12,050 nucleotides of DNA, taken from assembly GCA_964454175.1 (NCBI GenBank), contig CAYVSA010000028.1, positions 1 to 12,050 on the forward strand. The letters run 5' to 3'. The notes beneath the pieces are model-generated. The model searched no databases. It had not been told where the DNA came from and saw only the letters and a program-made list of their open reading frames with translations. Position numbers and translations under genes: made by a program. This stretch comes from an uncultured Pseudomonadota bacterium. Its GTDB lineage: Bacteria > BMS3Abin14. This document shows positions 8,132 through 12,050 of this stretch, one piece after another (the stretch's first letter is position 1; every line of letters begins with the position of its first letter).

Positions 8132-8729
8132 TTTTTTTACCGCTGCTTGCCGAGTCTGGGAGTGCGTTGAAGTTAAGGTGAAACAAACTGATGCCTGACA
8201 TTTCAAGTTGGTTCATAATTCGGCCCATGGTCAGGCCGGACATGAAAACTTTTCGGACACGAATACTCGCATCTTTTTCTGAAAGGTTTTTCTGAGCCGT
8301 AAAGGACATTTTGGCTGTGGCGGATTCATAGCCTTTAAAAACTTTTAGAATGGAAAATGGCGTTCGCTCCATGGTTTTAGACCAGAGGAAATGTCCTGAT
8401 ATATCCAGTCTGTTAATGGGATTTGCCATGTGAAGCGGGAGCGGAAGGACTCTACTTTTGAAGACAGAGCGTTGTACGTCGACCTCGTCCTTGTTGAAAT
8501 AAGGGGGAAGGGAACTGGTTTGCCTGGATCTTCCCACGGCTTCCAGTAGCTTACCGGGGTTTTTATCTGAAAGCTGCAAGGTGAGGATCTCCTCCATCCA
8601 GATCGGGAGACTCGAATACGAAAGTATGCTTACCAGTGCAAATGAAACAAATAGCAGGGCCGGGATGAGAACTATTGCCTCAACCAGCGCCTGGCCAGAT
8701 AAACCATTTGCCAGATTGCGAAGGTTCAA
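8115..8729 (-). CDS. TadE/TadF-like minor pilin
   Basis: SG|QALVEAIVLIPALLFVSFALV prepilin motif (E+5, conserved Pro). TTG start with GGAGG RBS and TTGA overlap with the upstream gene. Confidence 0.8.
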   Translation of the reverse strand: MNLRNLANGLSGQALVEAIVLIPALLFVSFALVSILSYSSLPIWMEEILTLQLSDKNPGKLLEAVGRSRQTSSLPPYFNKDEVDVQRSVFKSRVLPLPLHMANPINRLDISGHFLWSKTMERTPFSILKVFKGYESATAKMSFTAQKNLSEKDASIRVRKVFMSGLTMGRIMNQLEMSGISLFHLNFNALPDSASSGKKNESKK

Positions 8730-9844
8730 TGTCTTACCTCCGCAAGGATGAATTTCGGGATGAATTTTTTTGCCGAACTCTCTTCACGCACCGGAATCAG
8801 ACGGCTGTGCCAGAAGGGATTCAGGAGATTTGCCTTTTCGTCTGGTTTGCCCGGCCTGTTGAAATAGACTGTCCCGGAACTAGCTGCAGTTAGAGTCGGT
8901 AGTTTGTTGTTTTTATCTCCAAGGAAACTGGGAAGTTTTTTCCTGGTTATAAGTGTGTGGGTAAGGGGAATCTCTGAATCTTTTAAAATGAAGATTTTTG
9001 AGGTGTTTCTGTACTTGAAATCGGTTGCTGAAGACTCTGCTGATATGGCTGTTTTCCACTTTTTGCCGAACAGGCTAAATCTTCGGACCTTCAGGATATC
9101 AAACGCCTTATGGTCGGCTGTTTCGACCCTGCTTCCTCCAGTTTTTCTAAAAGGTAGAGATAAAATCCCAGTGCCAAATCGCCAACTTCTGTTAATTGTG
9201 TGTGCATCCATGGTCTTCCTGACAAGCATCTGTGTCTGTTCGGATGAAGCGTATCTGATCCTGTTGGTCAGATTACCGATCCTCCCTATGATCTGTATCT
9301 GGACTGGGTGTATGATCCTGGCTTCAGGGTCAGAAATTTTAAGAGAATCCCTGGCCGATTTAATTGCAGCCAGGGGGAGTTCTTTGAGCATCAGGTTCCT
9401 TTCATGTGCCAGTATCCTGTTCAGGGTGCAGGCAGCAGGGATCAATACAGCGGAGATTTTTTTCAGGGCGATCTCCACAAAGTGTCCCCCTTTAGCCAAA
9501 GCCCCGGCGAGAATGGGCCCGTATCCTGGCAGGAGCTTCAGGATGCTGCTAAAGCCATCTATCAACTTCCGGCTGAAGATACTTTCACTCACCAGCGCGT
9601 TGGCCTGTGCCGTCATGGCTTCGTGGGCCAGTACGGCCCTGTTGCCTATTGCCAGGGAGTTGAGGAAGTTTGATTCGGTATTGAGAGCAGATCTGAGGGC
9701 AAGATCCGTTGCTATTTGCAACTGTATCTTTTCTTGAACGCAATAGGATAGCTTGAAGAGAATTCCGGTCAGGAAGATGCCAGCAGAAATGAAGATCAGA
9801 ACAAGCAGGGCAGTCATTCCAGATGAATTTCGAATCAAATTCAT
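8726..9844 (-). CDS. TadG-like large pilin (putative tip subunit)
   Basis: SSG|MTALLVLIF hydrophobic helix, then EKIQLQIATDLALRSA (degenerate Tad 'LQ.AADAAA' motif) and NSLAIGNRAVLA. C-terminal YFNRP...EKANLLNPFWHSRL resembles ends of TadG-like proteins. ATG at 9844 is 1 nt after the tadE stop, with AGGA upstream; the ORF track starts at 9880. Confidence 0.75.
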   Translation of the reverse strand: MNLIRNSSGMTALLVLIFISAGIFLTGILFKLSYCVQEKIQLQIATDLALRSALNTESNFLNSLAIGNRAVLAHEAMTAQANALVSESIFSRKLIDGFSSILKLLPGYGPILAGALAKGGHFVEIALKKISAVLIPAACTLNRILAHERNLMLKELPLAAIKSARDSLKISDPEARIIHPVQIQIIGRIGNLTNRIRYASSEQTQMLVRKTMDAHTINRSWRFGTGILSLPFRKTGGSRVETADHKAFDILKVRRFSLFGKKWKTAISAESSATDFKYRNTSKIFILKDSEIPLTHTLITRKKLPSFLGDKNNKLPTLTAASSGTVYFNRPGKPDEKANLLNPFWHSRLIPVREESSAKKFIPKFILAEVRH

Positions 9845-9845
9845 A

Positions 9846-10367
9846 TCAGATCCTGTGTGCCGCTGCGGCATGTGTTTCACGAAAAATATTCCAGGAAGCA
9901 GTAAGTTTGATTTTTCGATACCCGGTCACAGATCGCTTCAATGGATTCTTCTGCAGTATTTTCCCGGCCAGCGGGACTATCAGCGGAAAATCCCAGGCTA
10001 CTCTGACCTGAATCGGCAGTACTCTTTTCACAGCTCCCGGTCCATGCTCTCTTTCGTCATCGGATTTAACAGTCGCAATGGTGACCTTGCAAACAGCAGT
10101 GCCTGATGAAAGTGTGCCGGGAACAGATGCCAGGATTCTCTCAGCTGTCTTAGTCATCTCATCAAGATTAAAATCGTTGACCTCGCCAGTACGTGCTGCG
10201 CTGAATGCAGAGTACTGCAGCATGATCTTTCCCATACCGATAAGGGCCACCTGGATCATCAGAGTCGCAGTCAGAAGCAAGACAGGGAGCACGACAAGTG
10301 CTTCGATCGCTCCCTGTCCGCATTCTGAAGCTGAGAGTTTGGGGGAATTTATAAAGAGAGGAGCCAT
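9846..10367 (-). CDS. tadE: TadE family minor pilin
   Basis: CG|QGAIEALVVLPVLLL...LQYSAFSAARTG is the TadE signature; C-terminal VRVAWDFPLIVPL. Confidence 0.88.
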   Translation of the reverse strand: MAPLFINSPKLSASECGQGAIEALVVLPVLLLTATLMIQVALIGMGKIMLQYSAFSAARTGEVNDFNLDEMTKTAERILASVPGTLSSGTAVCKVTIATVKSDDEREHGPGAVKRVLPIQVRVAWDFPLIVPLAGKILQKNPLKRSVTGYRKIKLTASWNIFRETHAAAAHRI

Positions 10368-10380
10368 CAGACTGAAACCT

Positions 10381-10635
10381 CTATCGACCGGATGCCGAAA
10401 AGTCGTCCAGATTTCTACCCCGCTTCTCTCTCTCAGCTTTTTTCACAAACTTCCCTGCATCGCTGTGGGAAGAAGAACCTGCCAGCGAAGCTGTCATATT
10501 GTAAAACTGGTTCCGCACAACATCCCCAAAGAAACCCACAACTGCGATAGCTGCGATGGCTACAAGAGCGACAATAATTATGTACTCGGTCATCCCCTGT
10601 CCCTTTTCACTGTTTCTTCCGAATATCTTTCTCAT
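10381..10635 (-). CDS. flp: Flp family major pilin (84-aa prepilin)
   Basis: KG|QGMTEYIIIVALVAIAAIAVVGFFG carries the Flp E+5/Y+6 motif. Strong RBS AAAGGAGG upstream of ATG at 10635; first gene after the promoter. Confidence 0.92.
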   Translation of the reverse strand: MRKIFGRNSEKGQGMTEYIIIVALVAIAAIAVVGFFGDVVRNQFYNMTASLAGSSSHSDAGKFVKKAEREKRGRNLDDFSASGR

Positions 10636-10665
10636 GGTTTGCCTCCTTTCAGTGCCCTTCATATG

Positions 10666-10680
10666 GCAAGGGACATGCCA
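10666..10680 (-). promoter_or_regulatory. sigma54 (RpoN) -24/-12 promoter for the flp/tad operon
   Basis: Minus strand reads TGGCATGTCCCTTGC (consensus TGGCAC-N5-TTGC) with exact GG-N10-GC spacing, 30 nt upstream of the flp start codon. Confidence 0.85.
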
Positions 10681-10765
10681 TGTGTGTCGGGATGCTGTAT
10701 CGCTTTGAAATTGAAGGGATTTTGATGGATTGACCATCAGTCGTTAAGCTTTAGGTGGCCAGGAT

Positions 10766-10804
10766 GTGTCCGGATTTTGTCCGGAGTGTCCGGATTTCCG
10801 GACA
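10766..10804. promoter_or_regulatory. TGTCCGGA repeat cluster; candidate upstream activating sequences for a sigma54 enhancer-binding protein
   Basis: TGTCCGGA at 10767, 10778 and 10787, with inverted TCCGGACA at 10797. Perfect dyad TGTCCGGA-TT-TCCGGACA (10787-10804). About 110-150 bp upstream of the inferred sigma54 start site. Confidence 0.7.
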
Positions 10805-10838
10805 GTTTACCTGCTTCTTACACCAGCCTTTTCTTTCC

Positions 10839-10868
10839 TTGAGATGGACATGTCCGACCGTATATAAT
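10839..10868 (+). promoter_or_regulatory. sigma70-type promoter for the divergent lipoprotein gene
   Basis: TTGAGA (10839-10844), 18-nt spacer, TATAAT (10863-10868), 60 nt upstream of ATG at 10929. Confidence 0.65.
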
Positions 10869-10928
10869 CACCACTATTGGAATTTACTTAACTCGTACCG
10901 CTTGAGAGAAGAGATAGGGAGGGTAACA

Positions 10929-11411
10929 ATGAAAAAGAGGATGTTCAGGATCTCGGGAGTAGTGATTGTTGTTGTCGGGCTTGTGTTTATTACAGGATGT
11001 TTCACACCCGCACCGCTCAGGTCTGGTATCGGGCTCTACCCGGATCAGCCGACCCCTGTCAAGATCCCAGGTTCAAATAAACAGTTCAGCTCCTCGCGGA
11101 ATTTCCCCTTCTCTTTCGATGACGTCTTCCAGGCAGCCAGCGATATTGCTTTTGAAAAGGGGCTTGTCATCGAAAAGAAAAATGAGGAGGCGGGAACCAT
11201 CACCGGCAACGGTTACTGGCAGTTGATCTGCGGCGCCGGCCCTTGCAATATGAACATAACGTACATCATATATGTCGACGAGGTTGACGATAGTCCTACC
11301 ACAAAGCTGACCTTCATGTTCGACAGATATACAACGACGGGGTGGGGTGGCGAGGCAGGTGTCGCCACCAAATTCCTCATTGCTGTTCAAAAGAAACTGG
11401 CCACATACTAA
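10929..11411 (+). CDS. Putative lipoprotein (160 aa) of unknown function, possibly DUF2242/DUF3568-like
   Basis: GGAGG RBS before ATG at 10929. MKKR, then a hydrophobic stretch and lipobox ITG-C. FSFDDVFQAASDIAFEKGLVIEKKNEEAGTITG recalls small alpha/beta lipoproteins; the family call is tentative. Confidence 0.75.
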   Translation: MKKRMFRISGVVIVVVGLVFITGCFTPAPLRSGIGLYPDQPTPVKIPGSNKQFSSSRNFPFSFDDVFQAASDIAFEKGLVIEKKNEEAGTITGNGYWQLICGAGPCNMNITYIIYVDEVDDSPTTKLTFMFDRYTTTGWGGEAGVATKFLIAVQKKLATY

Positions 11412-11419
11412 CTTGACCT

Positions 11420-12050
11420 ATGAGATACAATTGGTCTCTCATGCCTGCTGTTTTACAGCAATTCAGCTTACCTGCGTTCAGATCTTTTTTCCCGGCGCGG
11501 CGCCTTGCAACAGGCGCTGCGCTCTTTTGTCTGTTACTATCTTCTCCGTCCATAGCCCAGTCATCGGGAATAGCCAAGAAGGTCACTCTGACTACAGATC
11601 CTCCCGGGGCCACAGTGTGCGAGAGGAAAGGGCGTAATCTTGTCTGTCCCGAGATGACACCTGCAAAATTCACGGCAAATTTCAGAAGCGAGAAAAGTAC
11701 CAAGCGCTACTATTTAAAAAAGCTGGGTTACAAACCTGCCTCGGTTACGGTTCGTGTTTCGAACCCCAGGGGCAGCCTCAAACTGAAAAAGAAGAAGATC
11801 CTTCTGGCGCCTGCGAAGCACACTTCCGGGAAAATGAAGTCACTCCAGGGGAAGATCAACAAAGCCCTCGATGCCCTTATCTTCGGAGGCAAACTGGGTC
11901 TTCCCGGCTACGTGTTTATCGGAAAAGTTCAACCTGTGAACATTGCCGGGAAGATATACGTGAAAGTTCAGATTCTCCTTGACGATAATTTCAGGAGAGG
12001 CCCGTATAGAAAGCTTTCCAGGATAAGGAAGGATGCTGAAAAGTATCCGA
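11420..12050 (+). CDS. Secreted PEGA-like domain protein, 3'-truncated by the window edge
   Basis: Hand translation shows an open frame from ATG 11420 (or 11441) to the window end. Signal-like RRLATGAALFCLLLSSPSIA-Q precedes VTLTTDPPGATV...EMTP...YLKKLGYKPASVTVRV (PEGA pattern). It is absent from the ORF track, presumably because there is no stop in the window. Confidence 0.7.
   Translation, partial: MRYNWSLMPAVLQQFSLPAFRSFFPARRLATGAALFCLLLSSPSIAQSSGIAKKVTLTTDPPGATVCERKGRNLVCPEMTPAKFTANFRSEKSTKRYYLKKLGYKPASVTVRVSNPRGSLKLKKKKILLAPAKHTSGKMKSLQGKINKALDALIFGGKLGLPGYVFIGKVQPVNIAGKIYVKVQILLDDNFRRGPYRKLSRIRKDAEKYP

Noticed and set aside
8131-8138. Homopolymer tracts (T8 here, at 3096-3103 and at 4120-4127; G7 at 821-827) as phase-variation sites
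   Set aside because: The tracts are short, all frames are intact, and they are explained by Lys or Pro codon runs.
8904-9737. 277-aa plus-strand ORF, and other plus-strand ORFs within 1324-10725
   Set aside because: They lie antisense to well-supported, coupled tad genes and show no motifs.
10636-10737. N-terminal extension of the flp ORF to 118 aa
   Set aside because: It spans the sigma54 promoter; the strong RBS and short prepilin leader place the start at 10635.
10695-10750. IHF site between the sigma54 promoter and the enhancer repeats
   Set aside because: The stretch is AT-rich but I found no good match to WATCAR-N4-TTR on either strand.
10766-10804. TGTCCGGA repeats as a CRISPR array or DNA uptake sequence
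   Set aside because: The units are 8 bp with 1-3 nt gaps and no spacers, and I did not see the motif dispersed across the window.
10755-10928. N-terminal extension of the lipoprotein ORF to 218 aa
   Set aside because: It runs through the repeats and the promoter; the RBS and signal peptide place the start at 10929.
11347-11703. ORFs 11347-11637 (+) and 11377-11703 (-)
   Set aside because: They overlap the better-supported PEGA-like frame starting at 11420/11441.

Overview
Most of the window (269-10635, minus strand) is one tightly packed operon for a Tad/Flp (type IVc) pilus of a diderm bacterium. Gene order is flp pilin, tadE-like, tadG-like, tadE/F-like, a 52-aa minor pilin, cpaB/rcpC, the rcpA/cpaC secretin, comEA, an FHA-fused tadA/cpaF ATPase, tadB, tadC, a DUF192 gene and two membrane-anchored proteins with degenerate FHA-like domains. 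A near-consensus sigma54 promoter and a cluster of TGTCCGGA repeats (candidate enhancer sites) lie upstream. The most unusual feature is a signal-peptide-bearing ComEA DNA receptor gene between the secretin and the ATPase, together with a strongly basic candidate tip pilin. This suggests, by inference only, a Tad pilus used for DNA capture and uptake. No prepilin peptidase, TadZ/CpaE or TadD gene is recognisable in the operon. A divergent plus-strand unit encodes a lipoprotein and a secreted PEGA-like protein that runs off the window. A 112-bp MITE/REP-like inverted-repeat element lies at the left end. All calls come from reading motifs by eye; no searches were run.
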